DNA from: a virus | Taxonomy: Duplodnaviria; Heunggongvirae; Uroviricota; Caudoviricetes | IMG/VR virus record: IMGVR_UViG_3300027833_000012 | Coordinates: 112,257-176,256 of that record | Length of the DNA stretch: 64,000 nt | Direction: 5' to 3' (one strand) | Shown: in pieces, positions 1 to 8,888 of the stretch | How the letters are laid out: every line of letters starts with the position of its first letter | Position numbering within the stretch: position 1 is the first letter of the stretch | Translations under genes and position numbers: made by a program | Notes under the pieces: model-generated | The model's input: the letters and a program-made list of their open reading frames with translations, nothing else | What the model was told of the DNA's origin: nothing | Database searches by the model: none

Positions 1-1
1 C

Positions 2-472
2 CCCAAATAACACTTCTTTAGCCTTAGCCATGTGTTTTTCTGGGTAAGGTTCACCTTTCTTATTGTGTGTCCTTTTAGCCATTAATTGAGGGAATCCGTA
101 TTTTCTAGCATCATATGAAGAAATAAAATCAGGTACAATACCTAATGTTTGATACACAGACATAGAAATCATACCATTAAATCTAAGTAATGTTGAAACT
201 GTATTTATGTTATTAGAACGCATTAATGGTTCTTCTATGATAACTCTAGTTATACCTAAGTCCACATACTTATTTAAAAATTCTTCCTCAAATACTCTAA
301 CTTTTTGAAATAATTCTTCTAACTTGGTTTCTGGTACTGGCTTTATTTTAGGTGTAACATGGTTTAATAATTCTAACTTACCCTTATCACCTAAATCCTC
401 ATATAATGCTATACCAATAGTTTTAGTTGAAACATCTAAACCAAGTATTAAACCATTTTCTATATTTTCCAT
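2..472 (-). CDS. RuvC-like Holliday junction resolvase (3' end runs off window; not in ORF track)
   Basis: Manual translation from ATG at 472: MENIENGLILGLDVSTKTIGIALYEDLGD...TRVIIEEPL...; LGLDxSxxxIG and VIIEEP are RuvC/RNase H-fold acidic motifs; frame open to the window edge. Confidence 0.75.
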   Translation of the reverse strand, partial: MENIENGLILGLDVSTKTIGIALYEDLGDKGKLELLNHVTPKIKPVPETKLEELFQKVRVFEEEFLNKYVDLGITRVIIEEPLMRSNNINTVSTLLRFNGMISMSVYQTLGIVPDFISSYDARKYGFPQLMAKRTHNKKGEPYPEKHMAKAKEVLFG

Positions 473-489
473 AAATTATAAATTTTAAA

Positions 490-520
490 TAAAGTTAATT
501 AAAGTATTTTAAAATGTAAA
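490..520 (-). promoter_or_regulatory. Host-type promoter variant upstream of resolvase
   Basis: Minus strand TTTACA-N17-TAACTTTA, near match to Bacteroidota TAnnTTTG -7 box. Confidence 0.45.
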
Positions 521-523
521 CAA

Positions 524-1720
524 TTAATAATCTATTGTTATATTAAAAGCAACAAAATCATTTACAGGTTTATAATACGTGTCATTTAGTTTACCTATAG
601 CTATCAGTGTGTTTGTACTATCCCAAAGACCTACTTCTGTTATCCTAGGTACATCACCATTATTCCATGTGTAATTTGTTGATTGACCAAACTCACCTCT
701 ATTTGCAATACATGTTATTGATTGAGATACTGAATTTCTAACTGAGTTAAATGTTATATCACCAACAGATGTTGATACATCATATGAATTAACAATATCT
801 TGATTGGTTATTACTATAAAACCTTTATCTAAATACGCAATACCAACTGGTTCGTCAACTACTAAACCAGTATTGGTGTTAGTTCTAATATTAAATAATT
901 CTTTGTTATTTAAACTAAATGGTTTATTTTGTAAATAACCAGTAGCCCAACTCTTAGTAGCGTCACCACCATTAGGTCTTAAGACATCATCTGAGAATAA
1001 TAAGACTCTATTAGGTCCAAATGTACTCATTGATGGTGAAGATTCAACTATTGATGTATCTTGAATATTTAAGTTTGTCACACGATTCTCGTAAGTTCCA
1101 TAAATAGAATATGTTGACGCTGAAGTTGTTAAGTTTAAACTTAAACTCTTTCCATCAATTAATTCAGAATACTCATCACCATCAATACCAATAACTAATA
1201 CTTTAGTTTGAGCTAAGTTAGTTAATGCTGTGTCAGAAAAACCACCAGTTTGTGAAGTTTGATTGTTAAATAAATCAAAATCTGTTGTTGTTATTGGTAA
1301 GTAGAATGAGTAAAATAAATTAGTCATAGTATCAGTACCAATATCATTTAAATCTATGATGTTTTGTGTTATTGAACCACCAGAAAAGTTCAATGTTTCT
1401 ACCCCAACTTCTTTAAAGGTAGTGTTTATTGAAATTGATGCTGGTTCAACTGGCTTTTTATTAGCGTTAGTCTTATATCTTAATAAACTTCTTACTTGAT
1501 AATTAACCCCACCATTACTAGTATCCATACCATTATTATTACCTGAAATTTCAGGTATTTGACCAGCGGATAAACCTTCATAAGTACCATAATAACTATC
1601 AGAATCACCTAATGTAAAGTAAGTTATTAAACTATTATTATTACTTATTAACTTTTTCCTACCTTCTGGGGTAAGTTTTGCAGTTAATTCTATTCCTGTT
1701 GTATTTTTTAAAAATCCCAT
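524..1720 (-). CDS. Baseplate/tail-collar fibre-type structural protein (paralog of 1722..3887)
   Basis: N-term AKLTPEGRKKL..FTLGDSD and C-term RITEVGLWDSTNTLIAIGKL resemble tail-collar fibre (DUF3751-like) motifs. Confidence 0.55.
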   Translation of the reverse strand: MGFLKNTTGIELTAKLTPEGRKKLISNNNSLITYFTLGDSDSYYGTYEGLSAGQIPEISGNNNGMDTSNGGVNYQVRSLLRYKTNANKKPVEPASISINTTFKEVGVETLNFSGGSITQNIIDLNDIGTDTMTNLFYSFYLPITTTDFDLFNNQTSQTGGFSDTALTNLAQTKVLVIGIDGDEYSELIDGKSLSLNLTTSASTYSIYGTYENRVTNLNIQDTSIVESSPSMSTFGPNRVLLFSDDVLRPNGGDATKSWATGYLQNKPFSLNNKELFNIRTNTNTGLVVDEPVGIAYLDKGFIVITNQDIVNSYDVSTSVGDITFNSVRNSVSQSITCIANRGEFGQSTNYTWNNGDVPRITEVGLWDSTNTLIAIGKLNDTYYKPVNDFVAFNITIDY

Positions 1721-1721
1721 A

Positions 1722-3887
1722 TTAAAAGTCTATACTTAATTCTATCATAATTGTGTTACCAGATGTTAATTTAACTGGTTTACTAAGTTTACCAACCATA
1801 ACCAACGTGTTAGTGTCATCGTAAATACCAACTTCAGTAACTCTTATATCTGGTGGATTATTGTCACTATTTAACCTAGTTGGGTTAGAAGATATCTTAA
1901 ATTGGTCACCAGAAATATTAATATTAAATACCGTTTTAAATATACTAGCACCAATATAAGTCTCTACATTTCCGTAAAAAAACCTTTCATCACCAAATTG
2001 TAATGAATCTGGTGAACTATTTGTTGCCATTCTTAAAGATTCGATAATATCAAATGTACTACTTGTAGTATTAGTATCAATTAGAAAACCATTAACTAAA
2101 GGGTTTTGATTTTCTAATAATTTAGGGTCAATTGATTCTCCCGCTGATGATGTAATATTTGTGGAAGTAAAATCAACAACTCTCCAAGCATCAGCTGATG
2201 GTCTTTCATTAATATCTTTAACTACTTGATATATTACTTTAAATTCTTTAGCTGAGAATCCCATCCCATCATAAGTACCTTTTTCCTCTTTTCTCATGTA
2301 AGGTAATAAATCAATATCATCTAACTTAAATAAAACATCCTTACTTGTTGTGGTATTGTTAGTTAATTTTGTATAATATTGACATGGTAATGTAGTCATT
2401 AAACCATCACCACTAGTATTTTCAAATGTATAACTAATATAAATTGTATCATTAACACCTAACATACCACCACTTGACCCAGCAGATGAACTTACTAATG
2501 TAGATGATAATGGTGGTAAAGTCCAATTTCTATTAGACTTATAAGACATTGCTGCAATTATTTCATCATCATCAAAAATAATTGTTTTTAACTGTGGAAA
2601 AACTCTACCTACAACCCTAGGTTCATCTGAAACCATTGTAGAATCTTCATATAAATTAACATATTCTATATCACTAACACCAACTGTACTAATAGTACCA
2701 GATGTTACAAAATCCATACCCATAACTACACCTTCCTCTGTTGAAAAGTCTCTTCTATGATACATTAAGTCTGGTAACCTTAACCTAACATTCTTATCAT
2801 TATCATCATTAATATATAAAAATTCACCATAAAAGTTAGAAATTGTATTATTAGTATAATGTAGTATTGATATTGATTTCTTTGTTGGGTCTATAATAGA
2901 TTGTCCAGGTAATTCTGGTACACCACACTCATTTAACTGAACTGTAGAATCAGTAGGTACTGATTTATATTCAAAATATGGGTATTTTTGACCTAAAAAG
3001 TCATTTGAACCAAACTTTTCATAATTTTCATTTGGTGTTGTTGGAGATGTATTAATCCCAGTTTCATTCATACCAGCAAGGTTTTCTGACCAAACAGTAT
3101 TCATGTTCCAAATAGGAATGTCACCACAAGAAACATCACAATTTGCTGCAAATGATAATGTATTGGTATTCCAATAAGGAGTACTTTCTTCATAACCAAA
3201 ACCATTAGTTATATCATCACCAGTGTAAATTATAAATTGACTAGTACTTGATGTAGAACCATTATTAGGTAAATCTCTATCTAGTGTTACTGTATCATCT
3301 AATGTATTTGTTGTACTTTTAGATTGTATCTTAAACCATAAATTAGGTACTGGGATAGTATTAGTGAACTCATCTAATATTCCAACAGTATCGTTACTTA
3401 ATTTTAATAATAACATATCACCAATCTCATAATTGATACCATCACCAATAATTAATGTATTGGTACCGTTAATTTCAGAAGAATTAATAGTACCACTATC
3501 TTTAATATAAGTAGAACCACTAAGTGTTGTATAACTAGTATTGTCTTTACCAAAAAAACCTCTATCCTCAGCCTTGTTATTAACAATAGCCTTTATAGTG
3601 TTAATTTGACTAGTTGTAAGTGTATTTAAACCATTAATAGTTGTATTTGAACTAATAGGGTACTTTATATTAGGTTGTCTATCAAACGGCCTTAAAACCC
3701 TACTATAACCAGATAATGAAATATCACCTTGATTATTATCATTGGTACTTTCTCTATCGTAATTTATTTCAGAATCACCTATACCCCAAGAATTGAAGTT
3801 AAGTTTCCCTTGGGCTAATTTTTGCCTACCATTTTCTGTTAATTTTATATTAACAAATGCACTTGCGTTATTAATTATGTAACTCAT
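1722..3887 (-). CDS. Baseplate/tail-collar fibre-type structural protein
   Basis: N-term IKLTENGRQKLAQG..WGIGDSE; C-term RVTEVGIYDDTNTLVMVGKL; located in baseplate block. Confidence 0.55.
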   Translation of the reverse strand: MSYIINNASAFVNIKLTENGRQKLAQGKLNFNSWGIGDSEINYDRESTNDNNQGDISLSGYSRVLRPFDRQPNIKYPISSNTTINGLNTLTTSQINTIKAIVNNKAEDRGFFGKDNTSYTTLSGSTYIKDSGTINSSEINGTNTLIIGDGINYEIGDMLLLKLSNDTVGILDEFTNTIPVPNLWFKIQSKSTTNTLDDTVTLDRDLPNNGSTSSTSQFIIYTGDDITNGFGYEESTPYWNTNTLSFAANCDVSCGDIPIWNMNTVWSENLAGMNETGINTSPTTPNENYEKFGSNDFLGQKYPYFEYKSVPTDSTVQLNECGVPELPGQSIIDPTKKSISILHYTNNTISNFYGEFLYINDDNDKNVRLRLPDLMYHRRDFSTEEGVVMGMDFVTSGTISTVGVSDIEYVNLYEDSTMVSDEPRVVGRVFPQLKTIIFDDDEIIAAMSYKSNRNWTLPPLSSTLVSSSAGSSGGMLGVNDTIYISYTFENTSGDGLMTTLPCQYYTKLTNNTTTSKDVLFKLDDIDLLPYMRKEEKGTYDGMGFSAKEFKVIYQVVKDINERPSADAWRVVDFTSTNITSSAGESIDPKLLENQNPLVNGFLIDTNTTSSTFDIIESLRMATNSSPDSLQFGDERFFYGNVETYIGASIFKTVFNINISGDQFKISSNPTRLNSDNNPPDIRVTEVGIYDDTNTLVMVGKLSKPVKLTSGNTIMIELSIDF

Positions 3888-3941
3888 ATATGAAAATATT
3901 TTATATTCTTATTTTACTAATAAATACTTAGAAGTAAATAA

Positions 3942-5822
3942 TTAGTAGGAATTTATTCCATTTGTTTCTAATGTTATTTTAACGGTATCACTAAAATCAG
4001 TACTAACTATCGGATTACCACATACATCAACGAACCTTTTTTCATTCTTAACCCTATAATAAAGTAAATCACCAGCATTACCAGATAAACTTAAAGTATT
4101 ACTATAACTAACTCTACCAATAGTGTAATCATTGGTCACTTCATTTATTATTGTGTTAAATTCTTCATCAATACTTAATTGTAAGTAAAATTTACCATTA
4201 TTTTTTTGTGGTGCGGTAATTATGTTCCAAGAGACTAAAATTTCATCTGAAGAAACATTACTATCAACTATATTTGCGTTATAATATACGTTTATTAAAT
4301 CACCTACAACTAAGTCACCTTCCATTATCAATCTTTTTGGGTTACTAACCGATTGGTAATAGTCAATACCATTAGATAATGTAACACCATTTAGTGTTAA
4401 AAATGTATCGTTAAAGTTAATAGGTTTTAATTCTAAAAATACTTCATATTTTTTATTTTCAGTGTTATAATAAACCAAATTATCACCCTCACCATCTGTA
4501 ACACCACTTTGTATTATACCTACAATATCAATAGTATCATTTTTTAAATTATTTGTAACTTGATTAAGTGAATTATTTGTATAAATAAATGTTAATACAT
4601 CACCTTCTACTGACCCACCATTTAAAGTGACTAGTGTTTTTGTAGAACTCGTTAATTCTATTAATTTAAATGTATAATCTATCCCTGGGGATAATACTAA
4701 ACCGTTAAGTGTTAATATAACATCACCCTCACTCCTAGGAAATCTAAACTCATTTGTTTGTCCATCAAGAATAATACTTAACTGAGTTAATGAACCTAAT
4801 TCATTAGCTTTTTCTTCCGTAGATTCTATAATAGGTTTTTCCACTTTACTAAATGCAGTAAAATAGTAATCCTTGTTTGAATCATATAATTGATATTTAT
4901 CACCATTTTTATTTACTGATGTTGTATATGACATATTCATTAAATTACCAAATTCAGTACAAACATTATGTGTGAAATAACCCTTAACTAAGAAATCACC
5001 ATCTAATGGTAGTGAATTACCATCTATAGTTTCCGTAAGGCCACTAGTCCCACTAATATCATCCCAAAGGTATATATCTGAAGTATAAATAGATTTATTA
5101 TCAAATACATTTAAAACGTCATTAAATTTATATAACTCATACCTAAATTTAACATCATTATTGATAAACTCTTCAATATTATCCGTAAAATTAAATTCTA
5201 GTGGTATATTAACATCATCTGTAATTTCATAAATATTCAAATCGTTAATAGTTTTACCATTAAAATCTAAATCCACAACAACATCACTAACATCACAATC
5301 CCCAGTAAAGGGTGTTGTTGAATTACAACCAGAATTACTCATATTAAAACTTACATTTGTTGAAATTTCAATTTTAAAATTACTTGCTGAATTTATTTGA
5401 TTTATGTAATATAAAACACCACTTGTGGTGTAGTTGTAACCTAAATTGGTGAAGGCTAAATTTAAAAAATCATTTAACTCGATTAGGGTGGGTGAAGAAC
5501 CATTAAATGTATCACTTGACGTTATTTCATTACTATAAACTAGTTTATCATCTTCATAAATATTCCCAAACCAAGCTGTTTTACTAATACATGAAGAATT
5601 TAACACATTTTCAGCTAAACATTCTTGAATACTTTTTTTTAGTGAACTAAACCTTATTGAATTTACGTTGAAAAAAATTTCATCACATTCTATCTTATTA
5701 GCACCAGTAACATTAAATACTGGGGATTTAAATACGCATATATCTGAACTACTACTAATAGGTTTTGTTAAATTCCTAAGTAAATTACCATTTTGATTAT
5801 ATATTTTATCTTGTGTACTCAT
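3942..5822 (-). CDS. Putative virion structural protein with repeated beta modules
   Basis: Two copies of LTLNG(L/V)xLSxGIDY motif typical of phage tail/baseplate proteins; FN3-like C-terminus (YYRVKN). Confidence 0.5.
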   Translation of the reverse strand: MSTQDKIYNQNGNLLRNLTKPISSSSDICVFKSPVFNVTGANKIECDEIFFNVNSIRFSSLKKSIQECLAENVLNSSCISKTAWFGNIYEDDKLVYSNEITSSDTFNGSSPTLIELNDFLNLAFTNLGYNYTTSGVLYYINQINSASNFKIEISTNVSFNMSNSGCNSTTPFTGDCDVSDVVVDLDFNGKTINDLNIYEITDDVNIPLEFNFTDNIEEFINNDVKFRYELYKFNDVLNVFDNKSIYTSDIYLWDDISGTSGLTETIDGNSLPLDGDFLVKGYFTHNVCTEFGNLMNMSYTTSVNKNGDKYQLYDSNKDYYFTAFSKVEKPIIESTEEKANELGSLTQLSIILDGQTNEFRFPRSEGDVILTLNGLVLSPGIDYTFKLIELTSSTKTLVTLNGGSVEGDVLTFIYTNNSLNQVTNNLKNDTIDIVGIIQSGVTDGEGDNLVYYNTENKKYEVFLELKPINFNDTFLTLNGVTLSNGIDYYQSVSNPKRLIMEGDLVVGDLINVYYNANIVDSNVSSDEILVSWNIITAPQKNNGKFYLQLSIDEEFNTIINEVTNDYTIGRVSYSNTLSLSGNAGDLLYYRVKNEKRFVDVCGNPIVSTDFSDTVKITLETNGINSY

Positions 5823-6064
5823 TAATATGATATTTCTATTTCAGTAAAATCTTTATTTTTGTTAATCGATAAACCTTTATTATTTGTCGTGCCAATTTCT
5901 TCAACACTTAAAACTTTAGTATAATCTTGTAAAAAAACTTCAAGAGTGCCTATTTTGAACCAGTCTGAATATCCAAATTTAGATTCTATTTTTTTTAAAA
6001 TATTAACTTTAACCTCTAAATCTTCTAAAATTTCACCTTTTACATTTTTAATTAATAATGACAT
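5822..6064 (-). CDS. Hypothetical protein (80 aa)
   Basis: ORF whose stop overlaps the next start (TAATG at 5822). Confidence 0.6.
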   Translation of the reverse strand: MSLLIKNVKGEILEDLEVKVNILKKIESKFGYSDWFKIGTLEVFLQDYTKVLSVEEIGTTNNKGLSINKNKDFTEIEISY

Positions 6065-6081
6065 AATATTATATTTTTTAT

Positions 6082-6720
6082 TTAACTTCTATTATAAAAG
6101 TAACCTGATTCGGTAACAGTCCCAATAAACTCACTACCACCTTTATTTTCCATTAACCAAACCCCACTACAAGTTGTAGATTCATCATTAAATACATTTT
6201 CACTAATATTTTCTATAGTTACTGACACGTCTTGATTATTACTAATAGAATTAAATGGGTAATATCTACTAGGGTCTTCACAAAAATGAGTTGTATAAGA
6301 CTTATATTTATAAACTTGTTGGTCAAAAGCCGTATTACCATAAACATAATTAGCTTTCCAAATAGTAGTGGACGGAACAACTTGTTCAATTAAATCAACC
6401 CAATAGTTACCAACAGCACTACCAAAATTATCCATATCAAAATAATCAAACCTAGAACTATCCACGTTTGTGAAGTCTAATGGATGTAAATTATACCTAT
6501 CATATAACATCCTAAGCGTTGGGTATGCTCCTAAAGTTTGCCTATTCTTAACATCAATTAGTTGTGAATTTAAAACTTTAATAAATTCATCCTTACTCTC
6601 AATATCTGATAAATCAATTTCAATTAAATCGTTTAAACTTATACAAGTGTCACCACATTGTGTGTGTGAATACTTAAAGACATTCACACTAACACTGGTT
6701 ATTTTAATTTCATCTGACAT
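6082..6720 (-). CDS. Putative baseplate-region structural protein
   Basis: 212-aa ORF in structural block; TATTTAT motif 15 nt upstream. Confidence 0.5.
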   Translation of the reverse strand: MSDEIKITSVSVNVFKYSHTQCGDTCISLNDLIEIDLSDIESKDEFIKVLNSQLIDVKNRQTLGAYPTLRMLYDRYNLHPLDFTNVDSSRFDYFDMDNFGSAVGNYWVDLIEQVVPSTTIWKANYVYGNTAFDQQVYKYKSYTTHFCEDPSRYYPFNSISNNQDVSVTIENISENVFNDESTTCSGVWLMENKGGSEFIGTVTESGYFYNRS

Positions 6721-6752
6721 ATTTTACTTTTTATATAAATATAATACCATAA

Positions 6753-8888
6753 TTAAATAAAATAATTAGGGTTAATTATTGTACCATTTGTTGGGTCTGA
6801 ATAAGGGGCCCTATAAATTAATTCATAAGTACCAGTGTTTTCATCATAAATACCATTAACATCTGGTAATAAAGCATATAATTCAAAATCACTTAACTCT
6901 AATGGGCTAGTTAACACTTCAACTTTATAATAACCAAGTAAACATTCACTCACAGACCCACCATAAAGTATTTCACTATTTATTATAAAACCGTTAGGTA
7001 AGTTACTACTATTCAAGTTTGGTAAATCTGGGGTAATAGAACCTAAATTAAAGGGTTCTGTAATATATGTAAATGAGTTAACACCAATACCAAGATTTAC
7101 CAAACCTACTAAAGGGAAATTATTTTGAGTATTTTGCGGACCTAATAGTTTATTGGATTGAATGTAAGTGTAGTGGGACCCAAAAGTATATGTATTATCA
7201 AAATCACCAATATCTTGCCAATTATTACCAACAGAAACTCCGCTATTAACATTTATATCACACTCACAAGGACCAACATACTCGTTAACCATAGTTTTAC
7301 ATGTTATTTCAAAAAAATAATCACCATTTGTTGTAGTACCACTAATATGTTCTGAACCAGCATTGAAGAATAAAAAATTATAAGATTGGTTATCCCCACA
7401 TGGTTGTGTTTCATCTGTGGCAAAAGTAAATTGAACATACCCATAATATGGGGCTGTATCACTTGTTGGTGGGTTTTGACTATCCCAAGCATGGTTAATA
7501 TTACTAACCATTCTACCATAATAATTTTGGAAATCCGTTTCATCTGTGAATGTAAACGTATATTTATTTCCAACCTTTTTAAAATTATATTCATTAATTG
7601 TTTCACAAATTAGTGACCCAGATTGTATAACATCAGTTAAACAATCAAATTGTGAATCTGTAAAATTCCAAAAATTTCTTGAACGTTGACCTATTATCCC
7701 ATATTTAAAAGATTCTGATAGAATGTATTCGCATAATTCCCAGTCCATTAAAAAACGATAACCCCCACAATTATTTGTTGGGAAAAATTGGAATGTTTGT
7801 TGGTTTAATTTTTTAAAACCATTTTGAAAATCAATACATGTGTTAGTATTATAATCATCTAAACATGTGAAAAATAAATCCCAATTAGTTTCAATATTAT
7901 TTTGGTTTGGTATGACTTCAATTATTATTTTATCGTTTGGACTCCTATTAAAATTTTCTAGATTAATAATTTTATAGTAAAATGTTTGTGAATTAAATAA
8001 ATATGGTAAAGTACTAAAATCCGAAGATGAATTTTGTTTACCAATATCAATAAAGTCTAAACCTATTGGGTCAACATAATTATCACCTACAAATGTTAAT
8101 TTTATTGTATCTGGTATTAACTCACCTTTAAAAGCCCAAGCAAAATAATCAATGTTTTCATCTAAATCAAAAGTACCATCAAGTGCTGTTGGGGATGAAC
8201 CGTTAGTTTGAGCTTGGAATTGTATTCTATGGTCATATTCACCTTTATTTGCATCAGGTTTATCTGTGTTAACCCCATTATCACAATTAAAAGCATCTAC
8301 TAAAACTGTATAATTATCTAAACAATCCTCCACATTAACTGGAATTGGTTCAAAGGTATCACCACTTTGTGAGTAATTAACACCATCAATTCTAACCTTA
8401 TCAATAACTGGGTTATAGGTACCAGCCTGTGCGAAAATAGAATTAACACCTATTAATGGGTGTGTGAATGAATATGGTGTAAACTCATCACCGAAACCTG
8501 AAATATAAGAAACCTCATCGTTTTCATTATACCAATATATTCTATAATCAGTAAGACCTTGATTATTACTTAACAAATCACCAACATCTATTCTACCAAT
8601 TAAGGAAGTGTTAGCTTCTGAAAAATCAAAATTAGCTACACCACAAAAATCAACCTCACTTATAGGTAAATCAATATAACAGTCATTAATTGTATCTATC
8701 AACCTTAATATTGTAACACCTTCTGGTATTGAAACAAAGTATGGGGTATTTTCATCAATCAAATCCGATAATACAATACCAGTCAATAAAGGGTTTACAA
8801 AATTATCTAAATCACCATACAATGTGAATGGCGTTGTTAACGGTCTATTACCCGTATCTACTAAACTTATTATTATTACTTTATTCAT
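6753..8888 (-). CDS. Putative virion structural protein (beta-rich, scattered Cys)
   Basis: 711-aa ORF, TAATG coupling to upstream gene at 8888. Confidence 0.5.
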   Translation of the reverse strand: MNKVIIISLVDTGNRPLTTPFTLYGDLDNFVNPLLTGIVLSDLIDENTPYFVSIPEGVTILRLIDTINDCYIDLPISEVDFCGVANFDFSEANTSLIGRIDVGDLLSNNQGLTDYRIYWYNENDEVSYISGFGDEFTPYSFTHPLIGVNSIFAQAGTYNPVIDKVRIDGVNYSQSGDTFEPIPVNVEDCLDNYTVLVDAFNCDNGVNTDKPDANKGEYDHRIQFQAQTNGSSPTALDGTFDLDENIDYFAWAFKGELIPDTIKLTFVGDNYVDPIGLDFIDIGKQNSSSDFSTLPYLFNSQTFYYKIINLENFNRSPNDKIIIEVIPNQNNIETNWDLFFTCLDDYNTNTCIDFQNGFKKLNQQTFQFFPTNNCGGYRFLMDWELCEYILSESFKYGIIGQRSRNFWNFTDSQFDCLTDVIQSGSLICETINEYNFKKVGNKYTFTFTDETDFQNYYGRMVSNINHAWDSQNPPTSDTAPYYGYVQFTFATDETQPCGDNQSYNFLFFNAGSEHISGTTTNGDYFFEITCKTMVNEYVGPCECDINVNSGVSVGNNWQDIGDFDNTYTFGSHYTYIQSNKLLGPQNTQNNFPLVGLVNLGIGVNSFTYITEPFNLGSITPDLPNLNSSNLPNGFIINSEILYGGSVSECLLGYYKVEVLTSPLELSDFELYALLPDVNGIYDENTGTYELIYRAPYSDPTNGTIINPNYFI

